In this document: positions 47,484 through 57,539 of the stretch, piece after piece
How the letters are laid out: the number at the start of each line of letters is the position of its first letter
Numbering within the stretch: position 1 is the first letter of the stretch
Origin: Planctomycetota bacterium
GTDB lineage: Bacteria; Planctomycetota; JAJSAM01; JAJVHW01
Direction: 5' to 3'
DNA: 64,000 bases
Assembly (NCBI GenBank): GCA_965248445.1
Contig: CBDFJG010000004.1
Coordinates: 1,120,001 to 1,184,000 of the forward strand
Program-made: the position numbers and the translations under genes
The notes under the pieces: generated by a model
The model's input: only the letters and a program-made list of their open reading frames with translations
Told to the model about the DNA's origin: nothing
The model's database searches: none

Positions 47484-48788
47484 TCAGTCCTCGTACTCGC
47501 GCTGCATCTCGACCGCCAGGCGACCCGCCTGCGCGACCCATGCATCCCGTTCGATCCGATCCGGGAACGAGCCGAGTTGCTCCGCGACACGCTCGACATC
47601 GGGACGCTTCCACGCCGCGATGTCCTCGAAGCGTAGGTAGCCCATGGCGTGCAACTTGCGCTCGAGCACGGGCCCAATCCCGAAGATGCGCTGGAGCTCG
47701 TCGCGTGCCGGACGCTTCGGCTTCGGCGGGTTGTGCAGCTCGTCCTGCAGTGCCTCGACGCGGGAGAGCAACTGGTCGATCTTGCCGTCCCGCTGTTGCA
47801 GGTCCGACGCGTGCTTCCCCTCGATCGAGGTCAGTCGCGAACGGAGACGGTCGGACTCGGCGTCGCTCGCGGACGCGCCCGTGGCTTCGTCGCGCATGCG
47901 CTCGACCTCGGCACCGGCGAGACGCAGCTGCGACTGGAACTGCCTGCGCTCTTCGCGCAGCCTCACCAGATCCTCGGCCGCGTGTCGCGACGACTCGTCG
48001 AACTCGTTCTGCTGGTCGAGCAGCTGGCGCCGCGCGTCCTTGCGTGCCTCGTCGCGCTCGCGCCGAAGGACGGCGAGCTGTGACTCCATCTCCGCACGTC
48101 GGCCGGAGAGTTTCTCCTGCGCTTTCGACAGTAGGGCCTGCACTTCGTCCCTCTCCGCTGTGAGCGCCGCGATTGCGGCCGCATGATCCCCCGTTGCAGC
48201 TTCGCCCAGGCGCGCGATCTCGGCGTCCTTCGCAGGCGTCAGCTCGTCCACCTCGCGAGTCAGTTCGTCCACTCTGCGCGTCCGCGCATCGACGTCGCGC
48301 GTCAGCTGCTCCAGCCGCGTGTCACACCCCTGGTGAGCCTGGATCGCGTCGGCGGCAAGTTCACGAGCCGCGACGAGTTGCCGCTCCAGACCAGCGATCA
48401 CATCGGCGGATCCGTCGTCTGCGGCCGCTTCGAGCACCGGAACGACGGGCATTGCGCTGAGCTCGCCCTCGAGGGCTGTCAGCCGTGCAATCGCACCGTC
48501 CCGCGCGATGTTGAGGTCCGTCGACTCGGCGGACTCTCCCGCTGCCGAGTCGCTGGTCTCTTCCTGCAGCCCGTCCAGTTCCCCCGTGCGGGCCGTGAGC
48601 GTCGTCTCGACCGTGGCCGGCCGGCCCTCGAGCCGCATGACCTCCGCCTTACCGCGGGTCTCCCGGCCCGTGAAGTACCACCACCAGACGAGACCGGCGA
48701 TCCACCCGAGGAGGCACCCCAGGATGAACGCGATCCAGCTCGTGTCGCTGCCGAACCAGTCCGTCAGCAGAGAACCCAGATGCGGCAC
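47484..48788 (-). CDS. Membrane-anchored coiled-coil protein with C-terminal HhH (COG3743-like) domain
   Basis: N-terminal TM, long heptad-rich region, DELQRIFGIGPVLERKL...F.DIAAW...RIERDAWVAQA. Confidence 0.8.
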   Translation of the reverse strand: MPHLGSLLTDWFGSDTSWIAFILGCLLGWIAGLVWWWYFTGRETRGKAEVMRLEGRPATVETTLTARTGELDGLQEETSDSAAGESAESTDLNIARDGAIARLTALEGELSAMPVVPVLEAAADDGSADVIAGLERQLVAARELAADAIQAHQGCDTRLEQLTRDVDARTRRVDELTREVDELTPAKDAEIARLGEAATGDHAAAIAALTAERDEVQALLSKAQEKLSGRRAEMESQLAVLRRERDEARKDARRQLLDQQNEFDESSRHAAEDLVRLREERRQFQSQLRLAGAEVERMRDEATGASASDAESDRLRSRLTSIEGKHASDLQQRDGKIDQLLSRVEALQDELHNPPKPKRPARDELQRIFGIGPVLERKLHAMGYLRFEDIAAWKRPDVERVAEQLGSFPDRIERDAWVAQAGRLAVEMQREYED

Positions 48789-48906
48789 GACTTAACCTCT
48801 TCTGCACCCGCGAATCGCCGAGCCGCGGGTCCCCCCCGCACGCACGGCCATCACCATGCGGATATGGAGCCAGACTCGCCGGGCTTTCTCAAGTAGGGAG
48901 ATCGGC

Positions 48907-49881
48907 TCAGTCGGTCTGCGCGGCGGCGAGGACGGCCTCGTGGACATGGCCGTTGGTGGCGACGATCCCGCGGTTCCCCCACAGCCTCCGTCCGAGGCCG
49001 AAATCGAGGGGGAGGCCGTCCAGATCAGTCACCCGGCCGCCAGCGGCGGCGACGACCAGGGCGCCCGCGGCGTGGTCCCAGATGGTCTCGCTGCGGTTGA
49101 CGTCCCGCGGGATGCGGAGATAGACCTCAGCCCGGCCGAGGGCGAGGAGCGCGTACTTCGCCTGGCTATCCACGCGGACGGGATCGGCGTGGCTGCCGAG
49201 GGCCTCCCGGATGCGGGCGGTGCGGTCGTGCTTCGTGTGGCCTGCCTCGACCGATTCGCAGATGCGAGCCGCCACCGGCTCGTGCACGTCCGAGACCGCG
49301 CACTGGCGGCCGTCCGTGCCGTTGCCGTCGAGCGGCAGCGCATGCGTGCCGCGGCCGATCGCGCCCGCTACGACCAATCCGCGGCCGGCTCCCGAGTCGG
49401 TAGCGCTCACCGGCAAGTTGGGACAGCCGAGCACGCCGGCAACCGGAGTGCCGTCTTCGATCATTGCCAGTGCAACGGCGTACTGGTCGCCCCGCAGGAA
49501 TCCCTTCGTGCCGTCGATCGGATCGAGCACGAGGAAGCGCCCGGACTTCCCACCCTCCGCGTCGCCGCGGTCCACCGCCTCGTAGAGCGTTTCGGCCGTC
49601 GCCTCCGGCCACTCCTCGTGGAGGCGATCCAGCACCGACGCGCGCAGTGCGGCGTCGGCACGCAGCGGCCCGCTGTCTTCCTCGCCGACAAGGGGCACGC
49701 CGGGGAAGAGGCGGTGTCCGATCAGCGCCTGAACGGCCAGGTCGGCAACAGTGACGGGACTGCGGTCGTCCTTCTCGAACGTGTCGCCGGAGCGGAGCTC
49801 GTGCTGCACCCGTCGACAGATTCGCCCGGCCGCGCGCACGACCTCGACCATCTCGCCCAGGAGTTCCCCGGCTTCTCGCAT
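48907..49881 (-). CDS. 3'(2'),5'-bisphosphate nucleotidase, HAL2/SAL1-type (inositol monophosphatase superfamily)
   Basis: KDDRSPVTVAD, LDPIDGTKGFLRGDQYAVALA, LGCPNLP, RVDSQAKY, IWDHAAG. Confidence 0.92.
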   Translation of the reverse strand: MREAGELLGEMVEVVRAAGRICRRVQHELRSGDTFEKDDRSPVTVADLAVQALIGHRLFPGVPLVGEEDSGPLRADAALRASVLDRLHEEWPEATAETLYEAVDRGDAEGGKSGRFLVLDPIDGTKGFLRGDQYAVALAMIEDGTPVAGVLGCPNLPVSATDSGAGRGLVVAGAIGRGTHALPLDGNGTDGRQCAVSDVHEPVAARICESVEAGHTKHDRTARIREALGSHADPVRVDSQAKYALLALGRAEVYLRIPRDVNRSETIWDHAAGALVVAAAGGRVTDLDGLPLDFGLGRRLWGNRGIVATNGHVHEAVLAAAQTD

Positions 49882-49944
49882 GGAGACCTTCTATCCGCCC
49901 GCTGAGCCGGTCCGTAGACCCATCGCCGGGCGTACCATGTCGGC

Positions 49945-51285
49945 GTGCCACGCCTGCTTTCGGTTCTGCTTCTGATCCCCGCTCTCGCTGCCTGCCGGGG
50001 CTCGGAAGGCGTCCTGCCCCCCGGCACCGCGAACGCCCACTTTCGGGTGATTGCTGACACCGGGGGGGCGGACGCCGAAGCCGCGGGACTCGCGGCCGTC
50101 AGCCCCGTCTGGAGTGTCGTGGCGGAAGTCTGGGGCGCGGCCCCCACGGCGCCCGATGCTCCGCTCGACATCCACCTCTACGTGCGGGCGGACGGGTTCC
50201 GCCAGGCGGACGCGCAGCTCACCGGTGGAGAGCGCGCAGCGCACCGCGCGTTTGCGCATCCGGCAACGACGTCTGCGCACGTGGACCTGCAGCCGCGCAT
50301 CGATCCCGGCCTCATCCCCACGCACGGCCTGCCCGCGCAGACCGAGCGCCTCCTCGCGCACGAGGCAGCACACCTCGCGCGCTTCGCGCTCGTGCCCGGC
50401 CATCGTCACCACCCCCGCTGGGTCGCAAACGGGTCGGCGGTCGACGTGGCCGCGCGGACGATGGCCGCACGCAATGCGGATCGAGCCGCCGACGAAGCGC
50501 CGTTCACCGCGACGCTCGTCGGTCTGGCCCAGCGGCTCGCGAAACACGGCCGGCTGCCACCACTGACGTCCCTGCTCGCGGACGAGCTGCCGGCGCCTGA
50601 CGGAAAACGGGCATCGCTGCTGGAGCGATATGCGCTGGAGTGGCTGGCGTGGCGTTTCCTGCGGGAGCAGCGGGACCGTCTGGGGGAGTTCTTCCGCGAC
50701 TTACGACATGCCAAGCCAGCCGGAGATCCCGGAGCGCTCCGCGACGACATCGTGGCGCAACTGGGCACCGACGCGGACGCACTGGACGCGCAGTGGGCGG
50801 AGTTCGTCGCGGCACTCAGCCCTGCGTGGTTCGAAGAGGGGCGCGGGCTCTCGCTCGGTGCAGAGGAGTGGGAACACTGCGCATTCGAGGAGACACACGC
50901 GTCCGCCTGGCGGCTCGAGTCGCGCGCGCCGCCGTACTCGGTGACCGGCTCGGTCGAGATCCTGACCGGCGACACCGTCGCGAGCGTTCAGCTCTCCGCC
51001 GCCGGCGGAGACCGGATGCACGTGCGTCTCTGGCCGCTCGCCGGTGGTGAGCGCACGCGCGTCTACGTGGTCGACGGCACCACGAACAAGGAAGTCGCGC
51101 ACGTTCTCGTCGACACGCGCAGCCAGCACGCGTTCCGGATCGACGTCACGCTCGACCAGATCCACGTGACCGTGGACGGCGACGCGCACGTGGCGACTGC
51201 GACGATCGCGAGGCTGGACGGGCCATGGGGACTCGGCTTGTCCGCCGGCGGCGTCTGCCTGTGGCGCGACGTGACGGTCGAGTAG
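49945..51285 (+). CDS. Lipoprotein with HExxH (zincin/peptidase MA-like) motif
   Basis: LAAC lipobox; LLAHEAAH...PRWVANGSA (the usual WxxEG Glu is Asn here). Confidence 0.6.
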   Translation: MPRLLSVLLLIPALAACRGSEGVLPPGTANAHFRVIADTGGADAEAAGLAAVSPVWSVVAEVWGAAPTAPDAPLDIHLYVRADGFRQADAQLTGGERAAHRAFAHPATTSAHVDLQPRIDPGLIPTHGLPAQTERLLAHEAAHLARFALVPGHRHHPRWVANGSAVDVAARTMAARNADRAADEAPFTATLVGLAQRLAKHGRLPPLTSLLADELPAPDGKRASLLERYALEWLAWRFLREQRDRLGEFFRDLRHAKPAGDPGALRDDIVAQLGTDADALDAQWAEFVAALSPAWFEEGRGLSLGAEEWEHCAFEETHASAWRLESRAPPYSVTGSVEILTGDTVASVQLSAAGGDRMHVRLWPLAGGERTRVYVVDGTTNKEVAHVLVDTRSQHAFRIDVTLDQIHVTVDGDAHVATATIARLDGPWGLGLSAGGVCLWRDVTVE

Positions 51286-51295
51286 TCTCCTCGCG

Positions 51296-51895
51296 ATGAC
51301 CCCCGAGACGAACCCGGACCCCATCGACGCCTCCTTCGCAGAGGCCGCCGAGGTTCTGGCGGCGTTCCGCGTGGACGCTGAATGCCAGGCCGCCGTGCGG
51401 CGCTTCGTGGACGTGGCGCACGCAGCTCTCTCGGCCGGCGGCAAGCTGCTGTCCTGCGGGAACGGCGGCAGCATGTGCGACGCGATGCACTTCGCCGAGG
51501 AGTGGACCGGGCGCTTCCGCGGCAACCGCGACGCGCTCCCGGCGATCGCGTTCTCGGATCCGAGCCACCTGACGTGCATCGCCAACGACTTCGGTTACGA
51601 CCAGGTGTTCGCGCGCATGGTGGCGGCTTACGGCACCAAGGGCGACGTGCTCGTCGTGCTCACGACCAGCGGCAACTCGCCGAACATCCTGGCGGCGTGC
51701 GAGGCGGCCCGCGAGCGCGGCGTCAGCGTAGTCGGGCTGCTGGGCAAGGGCGGCGGCGCCGTGAAGGACCTGTGCGACGTGGCACTCGTCGTACCGCAGG
51801 CCACGACGTCGGACCGCATTCAGGAGATCCACATCAAGGTGCTGCACACGGTCATCGAGGCCGTGGAGCGCCGAATGTTCCCCCACAACTACTAG
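51296..51895 (+). CDS. gmhA: Phosphoheptose isomerase
   Basis: CGNGGSMCDAMHFAEE, TCIANDFGY, TTSGNSPN, DRIQEIHIKVLH. Confidence 0.93.
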   Translation: MTPETNPDPIDASFAEAAEVLAAFRVDAECQAAVRRFVDVAHAALSAGGKLLSCGNGGSMCDAMHFAEEWTGRFRGNRDALPAIAFSDPSHLTCIANDFGYDQVFARMVAAYGTKGDVLVVLTTSGNSPNILAACEAARERGVSVVGLLGKGGGAVKDLCDVALVVPQATTSDRIQEIHIKVLHTVIEAVERRMFPHNY

Positions 51896-51913
51896 CAGCA
51901 GAACTACTAGCTA

Positions 51914-53725
51914 CTACTGCGGGTCGATGACGCTGCGCGCGTGCAGCACCGCGGGGTGGTCGGGCACGATCGCCGCCGCTTCCGCAAGCCGCTGCAGCGA
52001 CGCTCCCCGCTCTCCGCGCGCGTGCGCGGCGAGCGCCCGGTTGGCGTGGTACTCGGCGCGCGGATTGGGGTGGCCGGGCACGCGAGGCGCAATGCCGTCC
52101 GCGAGGCGCTCGGCGTCGTCCCCGCGGTTCAACTCCGCCAGCGCGCGAATCCCCGCGATCTGCGCGGTGACCGCGTCTTTCCCGGCGAGGTCGAGGTGCG
52201 TGAGCGCCAGGTCCGGCCTCGCGGCGGCGAGATACGCACGACCGAGCGTCTCCTGCAGTTCCGCGCTCTTCGGGCAGCGCTCGACGCCCTCTTCCGCGAT
52301 GTCGAGCCAGGCCGCATGCTTCCCCTGGTGTTCGAACGCGGTGGCGAGGTTGACGTAACTCGCCGAGCTGTTCACCGGCGGCCGGACGAGCCCGCCCGAG
52401 AACGCGAGCCCGATCAACGCCAGCGCCATGGCCGACACCATCCCGAGACGCCCGCGGTCCACACCTCCGCGCGCCAGCACGGCGACGCCGGCGCCCAGAG
52501 CGATCGCGCACGGCACCAGCGCCGGCAGCCGGTAGCGCGACACCGGAAAAAAGACGATCAGAGCGAGCCACGTCAGCGCGACGACGACGGCGGCGACGTC
52601 CACCTCCCGGTGCCTCCGTCGCGCGAGCAGCCACCCTGCCGCACCGAGGGCGAGCAGCCACCATCCTCCCACCGGGAAGAACCGCAGCCACGTCGAATAG
52701 CGGCGCTCGATCGACACGTCGTGGTTGTTCCCGTACTCGTCCGCCGACACGAACAGGTACGCCTTCTTGGCCCAGTGCAACCCCATGGTGAAGACGGAGG
52801 CGCCCTCGAACGCACGCCCGCGCCAGTAGGACGACACCCCCGACGGCGAGAGCGGTCCGCCCGCGTCACCCTCGGCGATCTCACGGGCGGCGATCCGCAT
52901 CGCGTCCGGCGACATCGGCAGGTCGTCTGCCGCGAACATCACGCGCTCTCGCGAGACCGGGCCGTTCGACATGTAGAGGTTGACGCCCGACGAGGAAGCG
53001 AACGGCGTCAGTTCGCCCGTCACGCGCAGGTTGCGTACCGCAGCCGGTCCCAGGACGAACGCCAATCCGATCCCGACGAGCGCGGCGCCGCTCCAGAAGC
53101 GCGCACGGGGCCGGAGAGTCGACCACGCGACGGCGATCGCGGCGATCGCGAGCGAGAGTGACAGCGCCCGTCCCAGACACGCGAATCCGGTGACGACACC
53201 GAGCGTCACCGCGTCCGCCCTCCCTCCACCACGGCACCATTGCACTCCGTACAGCACGCCCGCCGCGTGCAGCAGGCACAGCAGCGGTTCTTGCCCGGGC
53301 AGGATGTCGTGAAACACGAAGGTCCCGCCGAGTGCGACGGCGGCGCCCGCCACGCAAGCGGCCGTACGGCCCGCGAGGTGGTGCGCGGCCAGCGCCGTCA
53401 CGCCCGCGGCGAGCGAACCGAACACGAGATTGACGACGGATGCCTGGAGCATCGTCGGCCATCCGTCATAGGGGCTGAAGAGCGACAGCACCCACGGGAA
53501 CAGAGGGGCGAGGAACCACGGCTGCCCCGACGGCTCGTTCTTCATGGCTGCGGCAAGTTCGAGGTAGCTGCGATCGTCCAGGATCGCCAGCGTGAGCAGC
53601 GCGTTGCCGTCACGCTGCTCCCACAGTGTCCAGACGCGCAGTGAAGCCGCCACGACCGCGACCGCGGCCGCAATCAGGTACGCCTGCCTGAGACGCGGGG
53701 CCGGCTCGGCGCCCTCAGCCGTCAT
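51914..53725 (-). CDS. GT-C (PMT/ArnT-like) integral membrane glycosyltransferase with C-terminal TPRs
   Basis: LDDRSY acidic pair after TM1, many TMs, RNLRVTG...GVNLY, SRYRLP, TPR-like tail. Confidence 0.78.
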   Translation of the reverse strand: MTAEGAEPAPRLRQAYLIAAAVAVVAASLRVWTLWEQRDGNALLTLAILDDRSYLELAAAMKNEPSGQPWFLAPLFPWVLSLFSPYDGWPTMLQASVVNLVFGSLAAGVTALAAHHLAGRTAACVAGAAVALGGTFVFHDILPGQEPLLCLLHAAGVLYGVQWCRGGGRADAVTLGVVTGFACLGRALSLSLAIAAIAVAWSTLRPRARFWSGAALVGIGLAFVLGPAAVRNLRVTGELTPFASSSGVNLYMSNGPVSRERVMFAADDLPMSPDAMRIAAREIAEGDAGGPLSPSGVSSYWRGRAFEGASVFTMGLHWAKKAYLFVSADEYGNNHDVSIERRYSTWLRFFPVGGWWLLALGAAGWLLARRRHREVDVAAVVVALTWLALIVFFPVSRYRLPALVPCAIALGAGVAVLARGGVDRGRLGMVSAMALALIGLAFSGGLVRPPVNSSASYVNLATAFEHQGKHAAWLDIAEEGVERCPKSAELQETLGRAYLAAARPDLALTHLDLAGKDAVTAQIAGIRALAELNRGDDAERLADGIAPRVPGHPNPRAEYHANRALAAHARGERGASLQRLAEAAAIVPDHPAVLHARSVIDPQ

Positions 53726-54170
53726 CGCGCGCGTCTTCCCACTCCCTGAACCGGGTGAGGTCCCCCGAGAACGCAGAGAGCGCCCAGGCGAGGACTGCTG
53801 CGTCGTCGATCACGCCCAGCAAAGGGATGAAATCAGGGAGCAGGTCGAACGGGTTAGCCAGGTAGAGCAGCGACGCGCTGAGCGCGGCGACGCTTCGCCA
53901 CGGGACCTTGCGGTACTCCCGCCGGGCGTAGGCGCGCAGAAAGCGAATGGAGGTGGAGAGAGGTTCCCAGATCCGCGCTATCCGGCCGCTCCGTCGCCAC
54001 TTCTCGGCGCGCTTCGTGGCCCGATCGGCCAGATCCTCCGCCCGCTGGTCGTCGCGGACCACGTCCTCGACGCGGCGGCGTGCACCGCGATACCCCCACG
54101 GCGCATCGGACTCGTCCGGCGTCGGCTCGCCATGGGGATCGGGATCGGGTTGCGTTTCGCTGGTGGACAT
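53715..54170 (-). CDS. YkvA/DUF1232 family protein
   Basis: YRKVPW...LLYLANPFDLLPDFIPLLGVIDDA. Confidence 0.9.
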   Translation of the reverse strand: MSTSETQPDPDPHGEPTPDESDAPWGYRGARRRVEDVVRDDQRAEDLADRATKRAEKWRRSGRIARIWEPLSTSIRFLRAYARREYRKVPWRSVAALSASLLYLANPFDLLPDFIPLLGVIDDAAVLAWALSAFSGDLTRFREWEDARDDG

Positions 54171-54258
54171 GGGGCTGGTGGACACGGGAGATGCTCCGCC
54201 GGAGTGTACGGTCATCAGAGCCCGGCCGCAGGCCATCCGAGGACAGGGGAGGCGTACC

Positions 54259-54668
54259 ATGAAGCCCAAACGGCGCAAGACGATGCGGGACTTCGAATCG
54301 ACGATCGAGAAGCAGATCCGCGAGGCCCGGGAGCGCGGCGAGTTCGACGACCTGCCGGGCCTCCGGGCCTCGGCAAGCCCATCCCGGACCTGAACCGCCC
54401 GCACGACGAGATGTGGTGGCTGAAGAAGCTGCTGCAGCGCGAGGACCTCTCGTTCCTGCCGGGCACGCTCCAGTTGCGGCGCGACGTCGAGGAGGCGCTG
54501 CTGCGCGTGCGGCGGGCCCCGGACGAAGCGACCGTGCACCGGCTCGTGCGCGAACTGAACGAGAAGATCACGAAGGCGAATCGGACGGTCACTTCGGGGC
54601 CGCCGTCGAACATCTCGCCGTTCGAGATCGAGGATGTCGTCGCGCAGTGGCGCGAGCAGCAGAACTGA
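54259..54668 (+). pseudogene. DUF1992 (DnaJ-C28-like) protein frameshifted by 8-bp duplication
   Basis: IEKQIREARERGEFDDLPG then, in another frame, GKPIPDL...WWLKKLLQRE; CCGGGCCT is duplicated at 54355-54370. Confidence 0.82.
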
Positions 54669-54692
54669 GGATCCGCGCCGGACGCGCGACTC

Positions 54693-57488
54693 TCAGCGTT
54701 CGACGTACACGCCGCGGTGCATCCCCGCCAGGCGGCGGAGCAGCGTGGATCCGGTGCCGATCGCAACACAGCTGACCTCGACCTGCCGCTTGGCGTTGAT
54801 GTCCTTGATCGCGGAGAGGATCGCGCCGTCGGCGAGGTACTTACCGTGGGTCGGCCCGCCGTCCGACAGCACCACGACGGTCTCGACGCCCCTCTCGAGG
54901 ATGCCCCGTTCGAGCGCGTCGTAGAGCTTGGTCCCGCCGGTTGGTGACTGCCGCGTCAGGAACACGCGCAGCGCCTTGCGCGATCGCTGGGAGAGCGGCT
55001 GCATGCGCTCACGCCACGCGCGCACGTCCGTTCCGAACAGAATCACGTTGACCATCGCGCCATCGTCGAGCGCCGCGACGGCCTTCAACAGTTCGCGCAC
55101 CGCCGTGCCGAACCTGCTCTCGTCGCCCGGCGTCGCCGGTCCGCTGAGACCGAGTCCCCCGCCGGCGGCCATGCTGCCGGAACGGTCGATGACGAACACG
55201 ACCGAGTCCGTGCGGATCGGGATGCCGTAGAACTTAGGCCCCGAGCCGTCGCGCGTCGGGCCCGCGAGCGCATTCGGCAGTGCCGGCGGAACGGCGGGCA
55301 CGCGGAACGTCGCACCGTTCTCGGCGAACCACGCGCTCCAGAGCGCAGCGTCGTCGTAGAGGTGCACGCCCGTCAGCTGGAACAACGCACGGGCGAGAGC
55401 ATCGCGGGCGCGGGCGGCGCGCTCCTTCTCGAGCACGGCGATGAGTGGCGCTACGGCGTCGCGCTGCCGCAGTTCCGCGAGAGCCTCGATCGTGGCGACG
55501 CGCACCGCACTGCGCGAGTCCTTGAGCCGGGCGGTCAGCAGCGGCAACAGAACCGGCTCGCGGGATGCCGCGACCGCGCGCACGGCAGCCTCGCGCACGC
55601 GCCACGACTCATCGTCCAGCCCGCGCCTCAGGATGGGCAGCGCGTGCTGCACTCCTCTCATCCACGGTGACCCGAGCAGCGCCAGCACGTCGGCGAGCGC
55701 GTAGTCCTCGTGCTCCTCCGCCCGCTTCTCGAGCGCGGCCAGAGCGCGCGGGTCCCCGCCAGCGGAGAGCGAGGCGATCACCTCCGCGAGGACCCCGTCG
55801 TCCGGCTCCGCCGCCACGCGCTGCAGCAGGGCGGTCACGCCCCGGCGGTCACGGCGTCCGAGCAGGGCGCGTGCCGCGAGCCGCCGCACGTCCTCGTCCT
55901 CGTCTTCGAGCGCTTCCACCAGGCGCGGAACCACCGCGGCATCCGGCACCCGTGCGAGCGTGCGCAGCGCGTGCGACCGGTGTGCGTGCGGCGCGCCCAG
56001 ACGGAGCAGCGCCTCGGTGGCCGATCCGTCCCGCACCGCCGCGAGCAAGCCGATCAGAGGCACGACGGTGGACGGAGTCGGGTCGTTGCACGCTTCGATG
56101 AGCACCTTGCGCGCACGACCGTCCCGCCGCGCGACGAGATCGGTCATTCCGAGGACGCGGAGCGGTGCGTGCCGGTCCTTCGCGGCGGCCATCGCCTCGC
56201 GTGCGGTCGGCGCGCGCGGGGATGCGCGCACGCCCTCGTACATCGCGAGACGCAGTGCAGCCGAACGGCTGCTTTCGTACGCGGAGAGGAAGCGCCCTCG
56301 CGACGAAGCGTCATCGATCGCCGCGAGGTGGCGTGCGGCCTCGCGCACGACGTTCTCGCTCCGGCCGTGGAGTAGTGAAGAGAAGTGCTCCGCTCGACGG
56401 GAGTATCGTCCACGGCTGAGCGCCGCGATCGCCGTGAGCACGATCGCCTCGTCCTGACGGCCGAGGAAGCGGGCGAGCGCCGCCTCGCCTTCGCCCCCGA
56501 ACCTCCCGCGGCCGATCGCAGCGATGGCCATCAGCCGCACCGTGGCGTCCGCGTCGGAGCGTGCGGTGTCGTCGAGAAGCACGAGCGCGCCGGGTGCGCC
56601 GGTCCGTCCCAGACGCGCGACGGTCGCAGCACGCGCCGGAGCCGTCAGGCCCCGCTCTTGCGCGAAGCGCTGCAGCAGCGCCTCGACGCCCTCCGACTCA
56701 CCCTGTGCCCCGCCCGCAATCGGGTCGAGCAGCGTTCGCGCCGCCGCCCTCGTCAGCGTCACGCCCGCGCCGCCCTCGGCGACCTCGATCCTGCGCGACT
56801 CGCCGCCGACCACCACGACATCACCCGGCAGAAAGCGCTCGACGGAACCCGGCGCGCCGTCCAGCGCACCATCGCCGTCCAGATCGAGGAGGACCGCGTC
56901 GTAGCGGGCGTCGTCGAATCGCAGGTCGCCGTTCCCGTCGGAGAGTGCAACCGGTACGAGCCGTCCACCGACGACGAACGCTCCGCTGCGGTGGGCAGCC
57001 ACGTCGGCGCGGAACGTGTCGTCGGCCTCGAGCGCGCCCCGTTCCAGGCGCACGCTGACCGGCACCTCGTCGGTCCCCTGACGTACGCGCACCGACGTCG
57101 AGGCCATGTGCCGCAGGCCGATGCGCCGGAAGAAGAGCGCTCGCTCGTCCGCCAGCGTTCCGTCTGCGTCGGTGTCGAACCACGCGCGGACCGGGTGCGA
57201 GCCGACGTCCACAACGATCGCAACGCCACCGCCCGGGGCCGCGAGCAGCGGGACCATGCCGAAGCGGCCGTCAACGATCCCCGCGGGGAGCGCCAACCCC
57301 TCGGGCGGATCGAAACGCAGCGGCACGCGCCCCGGCGCGCGACGCTCCGCGGCCCCCGGTGACCACGCCAAGTCCGCACGGAGGACCCCGTCGGTCGCGT
57401 TCGCACCATCCAGTTCCTGCCCGGTGCCGGATGGGCAGACCGAGAGCACGAAGAGAGCCGTGAGCAGGAGAGGTGGAGCGCGCCGCAT
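54693..57488 (-). CDS. Large secreted HEAT-repeat + vWA protein with N-terminal DxDxDG-rich domain
   Basis: Signal peptide; DTDADG, DGNGDLRFDD, DLDGDG; many HEAT repeats; FYGI...FVIDRSGSM, TKLYDAL, LSDGGPT. Start could be 57509 or 57527. Confidence 0.85.
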   Translation of the reverse strand: MRRAPPLLLTALFVLSVCPSGTGQELDGANATDGVLRADLAWSPGAAERRAPGRVPLRFDPPEGLALPAGIVDGRFGMVPLLAAPGGGVAIVVDVGSHPVRAWFDTDADGTLADERALFFRRIGLRHMASTSVRVRQGTDEVPVSVRLERGALEADDTFRADVAAHRSGAFVVGGRLVPVALSDGNGDLRFDDARYDAVLLDLDGDGALDGAPGSVERFLPGDVVVVGGESRRIEVAEGGAGVTLTRAAARTLLDPIAGGAQGESEGVEALLQRFAQERGLTAPARAATVARLGRTGAPGALVLLDDTARSDADATVRLMAIAAIGRGRFGGEGEAALARFLGRQDEAIVLTAIAALSRGRYSRRAEHFSSLLHGRSENVVREAARHLAAIDDASSRGRFLSAYESSRSAALRLAMYEGVRASPRAPTAREAMAAAKDRHAPLRVLGMTDLVARRDGRARKVLIEACNDPTPSTVVPLIGLLAAVRDGSATEALLRLGAPHAHRSHALRTLARVPDAAVVPRLVEALEDEDEDVRRLAARALLGRRDRRGVTALLQRVAAEPDDGVLAEVIASLSAGGDPRALAALEKRAEEHEDYALADVLALLGSPWMRGVQHALPILRRGLDDESWRVREAAVRAVAASREPVLLPLLTARLKDSRSAVRVATIEALAELRQRDAVAPLIAVLEKERAARARDALARALFQLTGVHLYDDAALWSAWFAENGATFRVPAVPPALPNALAGPTRDGSGPKFYGIPIRTDSVVFVIDRSGSMAAGGGLGLSGPATPGDESRFGTAVRELLKAVAALDDGAMVNVILFGTDVRAWRERMQPLSQRSRKALRVFLTRQSPTGGTKLYDALERGILERGVETVVVLSDGGPTHGKYLADGAILSAIKDINAKRQVEVSCVAIGTGSTLLRRLAGMHRGVYVER

Positions 57489-57539
57489 CGGGGTAGGTCC
57501 CGGAGCCATCGTAGCCACGAGTGGCACCGAGTTCCGTGA

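Noticed and set aside
48907..49881. Eukaryote-like HAL2 nucleotidase as recent horizontal transfer
   Set aside because: HAL2-type enzymes are known in bacteria, and codon usage matches the neighbouring genes.
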